This document shows positions 8,180-15,332 of a stretch of DNA of 39,868 nt, one piece after another. Positions within the stretch are counted from its first letter, which is position 1, and every line of letters starts with the position of its first letter. The DNA lies in assembly GCA_900762005.1 (NCBI GenBank), contig CAAFEV010000196.1:1-39868 (forward strand). The letters are read 5' to 3'. A program made the position numbers and the translations under genes. The DNA is from an uncultured Oscillospiraceae bacterium (GTDB lineage Bacteria > Bacillota > Clostridia > Oscillospirales > Oscillospiraceae). The notes beneath the pieces are model-generated. The model saw nothing but the letters and a program-made list of their open reading frames with translations, had not been told where the DNA came from and ran no database searches.

Positions 8180-9433
8180 GTGCATTCGGAATGGAGCTAT
8201 CTCATATACTTATACGTATGCGGTGCCGCTTCTGTTAGTGCCGAAGCACCGAAGGAAGCAATTTCCTGGCAAATCCTCTGGTCGCTTGCACAGCAGCAGG
8301 CAATTACCGGTGTGATTGCACACGCGCTGCGCCGTTCGCCCGCGCTCGACTGTCCGGCAGATATACGCAACGAGGCAACTTCCTTTCTGCTCGGCAACGC
8401 GCTGTCTAACACCGCACAGCAGGAGGCGGTGCTGCGGATAATTGCCATGCTGGAGCACAACGGATTGCATCCCGCCGTCCTGAAGGGCATGGATGTCGCC
8501 CGGTTTTACGCCTACCCCGAATGCCGCAGCTCCGCCGACACGGATTTGCTCCTGCCCGCGCAGGAGGAGGAAGCGGCACTCAGGCTGCTGGCACAGGCGG
8601 GCTTTCAAATTGAGCGGCGTAGTGAACAGACGCACCACAGCTCTTGCTTCCGTGCAGACACGGGACTGCTGGAGCTGCACGGACGGCTCTGGAGCACCGT
8701 CGCGGAGCAGGGCGTCTTTGCCGGGCGCGGTGCTGCGCTTTTACCGCTCGGCAGTACGCGGCACGTCCCCTTTGCCGGAACGCAGCTTCCCGTTTTGCAG
8801 GAGACAGACGCTCTGCTGTTTCTGGCGATGCATCTGATTAAGCACTTTGCCGTGCAGGGCACCGGCGTGCGCATGGCATACGATTTCACTTTATATTATG
8901 CAAGCAACCGCGCGCATATCGACCGCGCCCGCTTTTGGCGCGTCATGGAGCAGCTGGGCTTTGCAGGAATCGTGGGCGGCATTTTCGGCATCTTTGTGCG
9001 CTGGGGCGGCTTTTCGGCGCAAACCCTCGATGCGCCGCACCTGCCGGACGAGCAGACCTGCCGTCTGCTGCTGGAGGATTTTGCCAATTACTCCACCGCT
9101 GAGGTAATTGATGTCTCCTTAATCAACGAAGCATGGGTGCTTTTCTGCAAACGTACCGCCAGACGCACCGGTAAAGGCTATCGTTTGCGTATGGCACTGC
9201 GCCGTCTCGGCACACGGGTACAGCTGCTCTTTCCGAGCGCAAAGGTCCTTGCGGTGCAGTATCCCTATTTAAGCAAGCACTGTTTTCTCTACCCTGTCGC
9301 CTTTACGCAGCGTTTTTTTGCGGTGCTCTGCAGCAAAGAGCGTCGCCGCGCTACCCGCGTCCTGCACGATCCCCGCACCGTCACGGGTAAAACGCAACAG
9401 CGCGCCGCCCTGTTTGAGGCTTTGGGCATTTAG
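8180..9433 (+). CDS. nucleotidyltransferase family protein (NTP_transf_5-like)
   Basis: VLKGMDVARFYAYPECRSSADTDLL motif, LELH, HLIKHF...G.R...D; AAGGAGGT RBS before GTG 8180. Confidence 0.88.
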   Translation: MHSEWSYLIYLYVCGAASVSAEAPKEAISWQILWSLAQQQAITGVIAHALRRSPALDCPADIRNEATSFLLGNALSNTAQQEAVLRIIAMLEHNGLHPAVLKGMDVARFYAYPECRSSADTDLLLPAQEEEAALRLLAQAGFQIERRSEQTHHSSCFRADTGLLELHGRLWSTVAEQGVFAGRGAALLPLGSTRHVPFAGTQLPVLQETDALLFLAMHLIKHFAVQGTGVRMAYDFTLYYASNRAHIDRARFWRVMEQLGFAGIVGGIFGIFVRWGGFSAQTLDAPHLPDEQTCRLLLEDFANYSTAEVIDVSLINEAWVLFCKRTARRTGKGYRLRMALRRLGTRVQLLFPSAKVLAVQYPYLSKHCFLYPVAFTQRFFAVLCSKERRRATRVLHDPRTVTGKTQQRAALFEALGI

Positions 9434-9556
9434 CTCCGGGTTTATGACCGCCGCGCAGCACCCGCCCGTGCGTCCGCTCTCTGCGAAAGCAGCCCGGGAA
9501 ATGTCCGTGTAAAGGCTGTATATAAAAAAAGAAATCTGAAATTATATGCAATTCGC

Positions 9557-9585
9557 TTGACTTTACCGCGAAAATATGGCATACT
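9557..9585 (+). promoter_or_regulatory. sigmaA-type promoter upstream of the precursor genes
   Basis: TTGACT (9557-9562), 17 nt spacer, CATACT (9580-9585) with extended TG. Confidence 0.6.
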
Positions 9586-9613
9586 GAAAAAAATAAGCTG
9601 AACGATATTTTTT

Positions 9614-9642
9614 CCTAACAATCCCCGTTTTCCTGCGTATAA
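9614..9642 (+). promoter_or_regulatory. putative ECF sigma promoter upstream of precursor 1
   Basis: cctAACa: AAC (9617-9619), 16 nt spacer, CGT (9636-9638) in CGTATAA; matches the generic ECF AAC/CGT consensus. Confidence 0.5.
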
Positions 9643-9703
9643 GTAAGTGAAAGGCAGTGCAAAGCCCCTGCTGCTTTTACATAATCTGAAAAGGAGAATT
9701 GTC

Positions 9704-9916
9704 ATGAGTGAAAATAAGATTGATTTGAAGGAAGCCAAGAAAATGGCCGAGGAGGCCGGCGTTGAGCTGACCGACGATGTCATTGACCTGATTTCCGGCG
9801 GTGCTATCCCTGTTGAAATTTGGAATGAGATGCCGCCCGAAGAGCGTCGCGCTGCCCAGCAGCTTTCCATTTTTAACAAGTTCGTCTTGAAGCAGCCCTG
9901 CGCACTCGACCCGTAA
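9704..9916 (+). CDS. candidate RiPP precursor 1, double-glycine (Nif11/NHLP-like) leader
   Basis: AAAGGAG RBS; 33-aa leader ending AEEAGVELTDDVIDLISGG; 37-aa core AIPVEIWNEMPPEERRAAQQLSIFNKFVLKQPCALDP. Confidence 0.88.
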   Translation: MSENKIDLKEAKKMAEEAGVELTDDVIDLISGGAIPVEIWNEMPPEERRAAQQLSIFNKFVLKQPCALDP

Positions 9917-9926
9917 GAAAAGCCCT

Positions 9927-9957
9927 GCCGCGGCGGCTTTTCCGCCGCGGCGGTTTT
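9927..9957 (+). terminator. GC-rich hairpin (terminator or mRNA stabiliser) between the two precursor genes
   Basis: GCCGCGGCGG-CTTTT-CCGCCGCGGC, then GGTTTTA. Confidence 0.65.
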
Positions 9958-9985
9958 ATATTGCCCGAAAAAGGAGGAACCCCTC

Positions 9986-10210
9986 ATGTATCAAGCACCT
10001 GATTTCGTCAAGGTTTCCGTAAAGGTCAAGGACGTTTTTGCCGGATACGCGCAGAAGTGCCCGTACGATTTTATGGACACCTCGTCCTACACCACCAACC
10101 CGCCGATCGTTACAAACTGCCCCACTACCGATCCGAACTATACATACTCCGCATATATTTACACGGCAGTCATGGCGCCGGCAAACTGCTACAGTACTTT
10201 AAATATGTAA
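9986..10210 (+). CDS. candidate RiPP precursor 2, YxxP (RRE-binding type) leader with Cys/Tyr/Thr-rich core
   Basis: AAGGAGG RBS; MYQAPDFVKVSVKVKDVFA leader; Cys25, Cys45, Cys68; directly upstream of kinase, PqqD and radical SAM genes. Confidence 0.85.
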   Translation: MYQAPDFVKVSVKVKDVFAGYAQKCPYDFMDTSSYTTNPPIVTNCPTTDPNYTYSAYIYTAVMAPANCYSTLNM

Positions 10211-10219
10211 TTCCCCGCC

Positions 10220-11089
10220 ATGGGCATTTTCCCGGTATCATCCGAACAACTGAATTTACTGGATATCGGCAGGCGGTTTTCCCCTTTTTCAAACGAGGCG
10301 TGTAAACTGCCCGTTTGTTATGTCCATTTTTATACACGGGAGGACTTTGCGGCGGCATCGGCGCAATTTTCCGCCTTTTCCGCATACATTGCAAAATGTG
10401 AGCGCGGCGAGACCATTTCCGGCGAGCTTTCCGTCAACGAATTCGGCTTTTCGCCGCTGACAGACGGCATTGCCCTGCGCGATGACGAGCCGGTTTTTAT
10501 TTGGCTGCACAACGCTTACCGCCGGATGGAGGTTGTATTGCCTGCCGGCTTTGCTACTCCGCACCGCATGGAGCATCTGGCCATGCGCGCTTACCAGTAC
10601 ACCGCCGTAATGAGCGATTTTTTCCTGCTGCACGCTGCCGCCGTCGAATACTGCGGCGCGGGGATTGCCTTTTGCGGCATTTCCGGCGCGGGAAAAAGCA
10701 CGCAGGCACGGCTTTGGAGCCGTACCTACGGTGCAAGCGCAATCAACAACGACCAGCCCTGCGTATTCTTTGATAACGGCTCCGCCTTTTTACACGGCAC
10801 ACCGTGGAGCGGCAAGGAGCCGTGCTACCGCAACGAGTACTTCCCGCTGCGTGCGATTGTCTTTGTCGAGCAAAGCACGACCGAGCGCGTAGAGCGGCTT
10901 TCCGCCGCCGAGGCCTTCTCCCTGCTGTATCTCAACAACCGGATGCTGCCGATATATCCCGCGCCCGAAGCGGCCTATACCGCACTGGCGGAACGGCTTG
11001 CCACCTCGGTGCCGGTTTACCGCCAATTTTGCTCGGCAACCGAGCTTGCCCCGCATACTCTGCGGCAGGCACTTTTCGGAAAGGATTAG
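10220..11089 (+). CDS. HPr-kinase-like P-loop protein (ScmC / RiPP-associated kinase type)
   Basis: LLHAAAV...FCGISGAGKSTQARLW...INNDQP...GTPWSGK. Confidence 0.8.
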   Translation: MGIFPVSSEQLNLLDIGRRFSPFSNEACKLPVCYVHFYTREDFAAASAQFSAFSAYIAKCERGETISGELSVNEFGFSPLTDGIALRDDEPVFIWLHNAYRRMEVVLPAGFATPHRMEHLAMRAYQYTAVMSDFFLLHAAAVEYCGAGIAFCGISGAGKSTQARLWSRTYGASAINNDQPCVFFDNGSAFLHGTPWSGKEPCYRNEYFPLRAIVFVEQSTTERVERLSAAEAFSLLYLNNRMLPIYPAPEAAYTALAERLATSVPVYRQFCSATELAPHTLRQALFGKD

Positions 11090-11094
11090 AAGCT

Positions 11095-11373
11095 ATGACA
11101 CACTATACCGCGAAAAAGCACTTTGCACTCAAGGAAATTGCCGGAGAGTTCCTCCTGATGGCACGCGGTCCCGAAGCACTGGATTTCAGCGCGGTTATCG
11201 TATTCAATGAGACCGGCGTTTTTCTTTGGAACGCACTTGCCCTGCCGCGTACCGCCGAGGAGCTGGCGCAGCTGCTTGCCGCGCAGTTTTCTCTGTCCCC
11301 CGCAGAGGTCAGCGGAGATGTTGCCGCGTTTTTAAAGAAAGCAGAAGAAGAGGGCCTGCTCTGTATCGAATAG
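11095..11373 (+). CDS. PqqD-family RiPP recognition element (stand-alone RRE)
   Basis: 92 aa; LKEIAGEFLL...FNETGVFLWNAL...EELAQLLAAQF...DVAAFLKKAEEEGLL. Confidence 0.92.
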   Translation: MTHYTAKKHFALKEIAGEFLLMARGPEALDFSAVIVFNETGVFLWNALALPRTAEELAQLLAAQFSLSPAEVSGDVAAFLKKAEEEGLLCIE

Positions 11374-11460
11374 CCGTCTGCGGGAGAAAGAAGCTTGAAG
11401 CAAGCTCAGGCTTTATTTGATTTAAGCCGTTTTTCCCGCCGCAAAAACGGCAGCCGAATA

Positions 11461-11535
11461 GCATGGCACTTTATGACCATTCCTTTTTATGGTCTTTTGT
11501 GCCTTGCAGCGCGGCGGAAAGGAATGGTCATAAGT
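11461..11535 (+). promoter_or_regulatory. putative translational control structure over the radical SAM RBS
   Basis: Perfect 16-bp inverted repeat TTATGACCATTCCTTT (11471-11486) / AAAGGAATGGTCATAA (11518-11533), plus a competing local hairpin 11461-11507. Confidence 0.6.
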
Positions 11536-12702
11536 ATGTCTCTTTACGATAAAATTAAATCGTCCGACAATCCCATAAAGGCCTACGGCGATGCGCTTGT
11601 TCAGCTCACTGCGCAAAATCGCTCGCTCTGTGTTGCAACACTTGAACTCAGCCCGGTGTGCAACTTTACCTGCCCGTTCTGCTTTGCACGGCAGTCTGCG
11701 CAAGCCCTTGCCGCCAAGGGTGAGCATATTCTGCGCTTTGACGGCTGGCAGCGGATTATCGACGGTCTTTCGGAAATGCAGGTAATGTCACTGAGCTTTA
11801 CAGGCGGCGAATGTATGCTCCATCCGGATTTTACCCGCATCTATCGTTATGCCTACGAAAAAGGCTTCGAAATCTCCTTGTTGTCCAACGGCTCTGCAGT
11901 AACCGACGAAATCATTCGTCTGTTTTGCGCCTGTCCCCCGCAGAGTATGTATTTCACCGTCTACGGCGCATCGCCGGAAACCTATGAAACCGTCTGCGGC
12001 AATGCGCTCTGGTACGAGCGCGTGCTTGCCAACCTTCGCAAAATGAAGGAGGCGCAGCTCCAGTTTGCCTTGCAGTTCACCGCCGACAAGGAAAATCTCG
12101 CCGATATGGAGCAGATTTATGCCCTTGCAAAGTCACTGGACGTTCCGGTGCGTCAGAACGGACTGTTTATCGCTTACGGCGAATGCAGCAGCGAAACAGC
12201 GCAGGCGCGGGAGGCGGATCCGGCGGAATTTGAACGGATTTCCAAGCAGCTTTATTTTCAGGAGCATCAGACCACCGAGCAGGAATACTTACAGCGTCCC
12301 GTGGCTGCCATAACACCGGTGCAACAGCCGGTGATTGAAAAGGGCATCCCCTGCACGGCGGGCAGAAACGCCTGCTATATCGACTATCGCGGGGTTATGA
12401 CCCCCTGCGTCATTTTTGACGCAATTTCCGTTGACACCGCCGGAAAGACCATCAGGGAATGCTGGCAGCAGCTCGTCGCCGCCTGTGACGAGGTGCCGCG
12501 CTTGGTCGAATGCACGAACTGTCTGCACCGTACCAAATGCAAAACCTGCATTGCCGCACATTATAACGACACCAAGCAGTTCGGGAAGCCCTCTCCCCGT
12601 CTGTGTTATAAGCTGAAATATCCCGAAAAGGCAAGGGAAATTGAGGAACGCTTTGCCCGCGAGGGACATCTGCGCTCCGATATTGACTTGATTAAGGCAT
12701 GA
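11536..12702 (+). CDS. radical SAM/SPASM-domain peptide maturase
   Basis: CNFTCPFC (CxxxCxxC), FTGGE, SNG; SPASM CTAGRNACYIDYRGVMTPC...CTNCLHRTKCKTC...C; start 11536 (alternative 11524). Confidence 0.93.
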   Translation: MSLYDKIKSSDNPIKAYGDALVQLTAQNRSLCVATLELSPVCNFTCPFCFARQSAQALAAKGEHILRFDGWQRIIDGLSEMQVMSLSFTGGECMLHPDFTRIYRYAYEKGFEISLLSNGSAVTDEIIRLFCACPPQSMYFTVYGASPETYETVCGNALWYERVLANLRKMKEAQLQFALQFTADKENLADMEQIYALAKSLDVPVRQNGLFIAYGECSSETAQAREADPAEFERISKQLYFQEHQTTEQEYLQRPVAAITPVQQPVIEKGIPCTAGRNACYIDYRGVMTPCVIFDAISVDTAGKTIRECWQQLVAACDEVPRLVECTNCLHRTKCKTCIAAHYNDTKQFGKPSPRLCYKLKYPEKAREIEERFAREGHLRSDIDLIKA

Positions 12703-14882
12703 TGCAGCCGAAAAACACCGTCGCCGTACTGGGCGACGTGCATGACGGGGCACAGGTCTGCCGGATTGCCGAGGGGGAAACCGAATACATTTGGAAACCC
12801 CGCAATTCCGATACGGAGCTCGCCTTTGCCGCCTTTTTGCAATCGCTCGGCGAGGCGGGCTTTCCCTATTTACCGGGGCAGGTCCGGCTTGTGAAGCAGG
12901 GGGACGGTTGGCACACCGAGCTGCCTGTGGCACATTCCTCCACAGATGCAGACGGTATCCGCCGCTATTACCGGCGTGCCGGTGCCTTGGTTTTCCTTTG
13001 CTATCTGTTCGGCGCGACCGATTTACACGCAGAGAACTTAATTGCAGACGGGGAGTATCCCGTTTTGGTTGATCTGGAAACCCTGCTCGGCGCACCGGCC
13101 GCCCGCACCGTTGACCCCGAGGAGCGTTCGCTGCTCGGCTCGGTGCTCCATTCGCACCTTTTGCCGGTCTTTCAGACGGGCGAAGCCGCCGTGCAGGACG
13201 TAAGCGGATTGTCCGGCGTAACCGCGCAGGGCGCAAACCTGCCGCTGTTAAACGGTGTGCCGCAGAAGATTACGCACTATTGTTCCGAGCTGGCCGAGGG
13301 CTTCGCGGCTGCTTACCGTTTTGCCCTGACCCATACCGAATTGTTTGACGGACTGCTCGGTCTGTTTGACCGCTGCCGCTTTCGGCAGCTGCTGCGTCCG
13401 ACCGCGACCTATGCCGCCTTTCTTTCTGTGCTTGCCGTCGCGAAGCCGCTACAGCGAGAGCCACTGGCGCAGACGCTTGTCATCCGCGCCTATGCGCGTG
13501 ATGTTGACCCGCAGCGGGCGCAGATTGCCGCCGAGGCGATTCGCGCCGAGCGCGAAGCCCTGCTGCACGGTGAAATTCCGCTGTTTTACACCTATGGCAA
13601 CGAAACCGGCCTGCGCAGCGGTGGAAAATCGGTGCTGGACGGCTTTCTGCTCTGTTCACCGGTGGACTGCGCACGCCGCCGTCTGCATCGGCTCGGCGAA
13701 GCCGACCTTTGTAAGCAGCAAACGCTTCTCGAATTGAGCTATCATGCGCTTGCTCCCCTGCCGCCGCACAGTCCGGCGAAAAGCGGCGACCCGCTCGCGG
13801 CAATCGCGGCGGAATTAGAGCACTGTGCCGTGCCCGGGTTGCCGAACGGCTATTTCCGCCTTACCCACGATACCAACGGGCGCGCCTTTTTTGAGAGCGT
13901 CGGCTTCGGTCTTTACGATGGGCTGACGGGCATTGCCTGCTGTTACGCCGCCTTTTATGCCAAAAGCGGGCAGGCGCAATGGCTTGAACGGCTCGACAGG
14001 CTGCTTGCTCCTTTTGCACAAGCCGTGCTTGACCGTCCGTTTTCCGCCCCGCTGTCGGACAGTGTCTGCGCCCTGTCAAACGGGCTTGGCGGGATGATTT
14101 CCGCCCTGTTGCATATCGCGCAGTTGACCGGGCGGGACGAATGGCGCACCGCCGCAGAGGGCTTGGCGCAAAAGCTTGACCCCGCCCGTACCGGTGCACT
14201 TTCCGCCGATTTGCTCAACGGCGGCGCGGGGCTTGCCTTGTGTCTGCCCCGGCTTTCAGGTCAGACCGCCCTGCCGCTGGCGCAGGCACTTGCTCCGACG
14301 CTTGAAGCGGCTGAGCCTACGCTGACCGGCACCGCCCACGGCGCGGCAGGTCTTGCGCTGACACTCGGTGCACTGCAAACGGTGCTCGGCGACGGTCGTT
14401 ATGACGGGAAAATTCTCTCCCTTTTACAATGGGAAAATCAATATTACTGCGAGGAACAGCGGAATTGGCGCGATTTGCGCAAGCCGGAAAAGCCCGCGTT
14501 TATGCGCGGCTGGTGCTCCGGTGCACCGGGCATCGGTATGGCGCGCAGCCGTCTGCTTTCCTACAGCCGCGACAGTCGCATCCGCGCAGTATGCGAGACG
14601 GATATTGCGCGTGTCAAGGACTTTTTATCTCTTGCAAACGACGATGCACGCGCCACGCTCTGCTGCGGTCTTGCCGCAAGCGTCATGGCAGGCTCCTGTC
14701 TCGGTGCGGTAAACGACGCGCAGTATGCCGCGCTTTGCGCTGTAACAAGCACTGCCGCGCCGGAGCTGCTGCACCCGCTGCAAACGGGCGACGATAACGT
14801 ATCCCTAATGCAGGGACTATCCGGCGTCGGCTATGCCCTTGCCCTGTGCGGCAATCCCTTGAGCGGAGGAATGCTGCTTTGA
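12699..14882 (+). CDS. lanM: compact class II lanthipeptide synthetase-like protein (DUF4135 dehydratase + LanC-like cyclase)
   Basis: GDVH, WKPR, DLHAENLI, VDLETL, RQLLRPTATY, GEIPLF; cyclase LYDGLTG, GTAHGAAG, WRDLR, WCSGAPG, LCCG, LMQGLSGVGY; only 727 aa. Confidence 0.85.
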   Translation: MMQPKNTVAVLGDVHDGAQVCRIAEGETEYIWKPRNSDTELAFAAFLQSLGEAGFPYLPGQVRLVKQGDGWHTELPVAHSSTDADGIRRYYRRAGALVFLCYLFGATDLHAENLIADGEYPVLVDLETLLGAPAARTVDPEERSLLGSVLHSHLLPVFQTGEAAVQDVSGLSGVTAQGANLPLLNGVPQKITHYCSELAEGFAAAYRFALTHTELFDGLLGLFDRCRFRQLLRPTATYAAFLSVLAVAKPLQREPLAQTLVIRAYARDVDPQRAQIAAEAIRAEREALLHGEIPLFYTYGNETGLRSGGKSVLDGFLLCSPVDCARRRLHRLGEADLCKQQTLLELSYHALAPLPPHSPAKSGDPLAAIAAELEHCAVPGLPNGYFRLTHDTNGRAFFESVGFGLYDGLTGIACCYAAFYAKSGQAQWLERLDRLLAPFAQAVLDRPFSAPLSDSVCALSNGLGGMISALLHIAQLTGRDEWRTAAEGLAQKLDPARTGALSADLLNGGAGLALCLPRLSGQTALPLAQALAPTLEAAEPTLTGTAHGAAGLALTLGALQTVLGDGRYDGKILSLLQWENQYYCEEQRNWRDLRKPEKPAFMRGWCSGAPGIGMARSRLLSYSRDSRIRAVCETDIARVKDFLSLANDDARATLCCGLAASVMAGSCLGAVNDAQYAALCAVTSTAAPELLHPLQTGDDNVSLMQGLSGVGYALALCGNPLSGGMLL

Positions 14883-15328
14883 CGGAGCTTTATTTTGACC
14901 ATGAGCAGCTGGAGCAGTTGCTTGCCGAAACCGTTTTTCGCGGAGAACGGCTCACCGTTTCCGGCTGCGGGAACAGTATGGCTCCCTTTATCTGCGAGCA
15001 GACGGACAGGGTTGTGCTTGCACCGCTGACAAAGCGCACACGCAAAGCAGGTAACATCTGCCTTTACAAGCGTCCGAACGGACAGCTTGTCATGCACCGC
15101 ATCTGCCGCATCCACGGCGGCTTATGCGATATGCGCGGGGATAATCAGCTTTATATCGAGCACGATGTCGCGCAATGCCAACTGCTGGCGCAGGTTGTGC
15201 AGGTCATCAGACCGAAGCAGACCGTGCGCTGCGACACCGTCCGCGCAAGGCTGCGGTGGCGATACGGGACTCTGCGGTGCTTTGCCGCACGTATCCGCAA
15301 TCGCTTGTTGAAAAAGAAACGAGGATAA
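14879..15328 (+). CDS. S24/S26-family peptidase (signal-peptidase-like, no TM anchor)
   Basis: GNSMAPFI (Ser), LVMHRI (His), RGDN; GGAGGA RBS before TTG 14879, which overlaps the lanM stop. Confidence 0.88.
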   Translation: MTELYFDHEQLEQLLAETVFRGERLTVSGCGNSMAPFICEQTDRVVLAPLTKRTRKAGNICLYKRPNGQLVMHRICRIHGGLCDMRGDNQLYIEHDVAQCQLLAQVVQVIRPKQTVRCDTVRARLRWRYGTLRCFAARIRNRLLKKKRG

Positions 15329-15332
15329 CTCC

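Noticed and set aside
9434..9500. Possible structured RNA after the nucleotidyltransferase gene (CTGC-GAAA-GCAG, GCAC/GTGC hairpins)
   Set aside because: Stems are only 4-6 bp in GC-rich sequence with no recognisable ribozyme or riboswitch core
11395..11535. N-terminal extension of the radical SAM ORF from TTG 11395
   Set aside because: The extension is not protein-like and the region is dominated by inverted repeats; the AAAGGA SD lies before 11536
9986..15328. Lasso peptide cluster (YxxP leader, Gly-start core with Asp at position 9, PqqD, kinase, nucleotidyltransferase)
   Set aside because: No asparagine-synthetase-like lasso cyclase or B2 protease in the window, no Thr at leader position -2, and the 55-aa core is far longer than lasso cores
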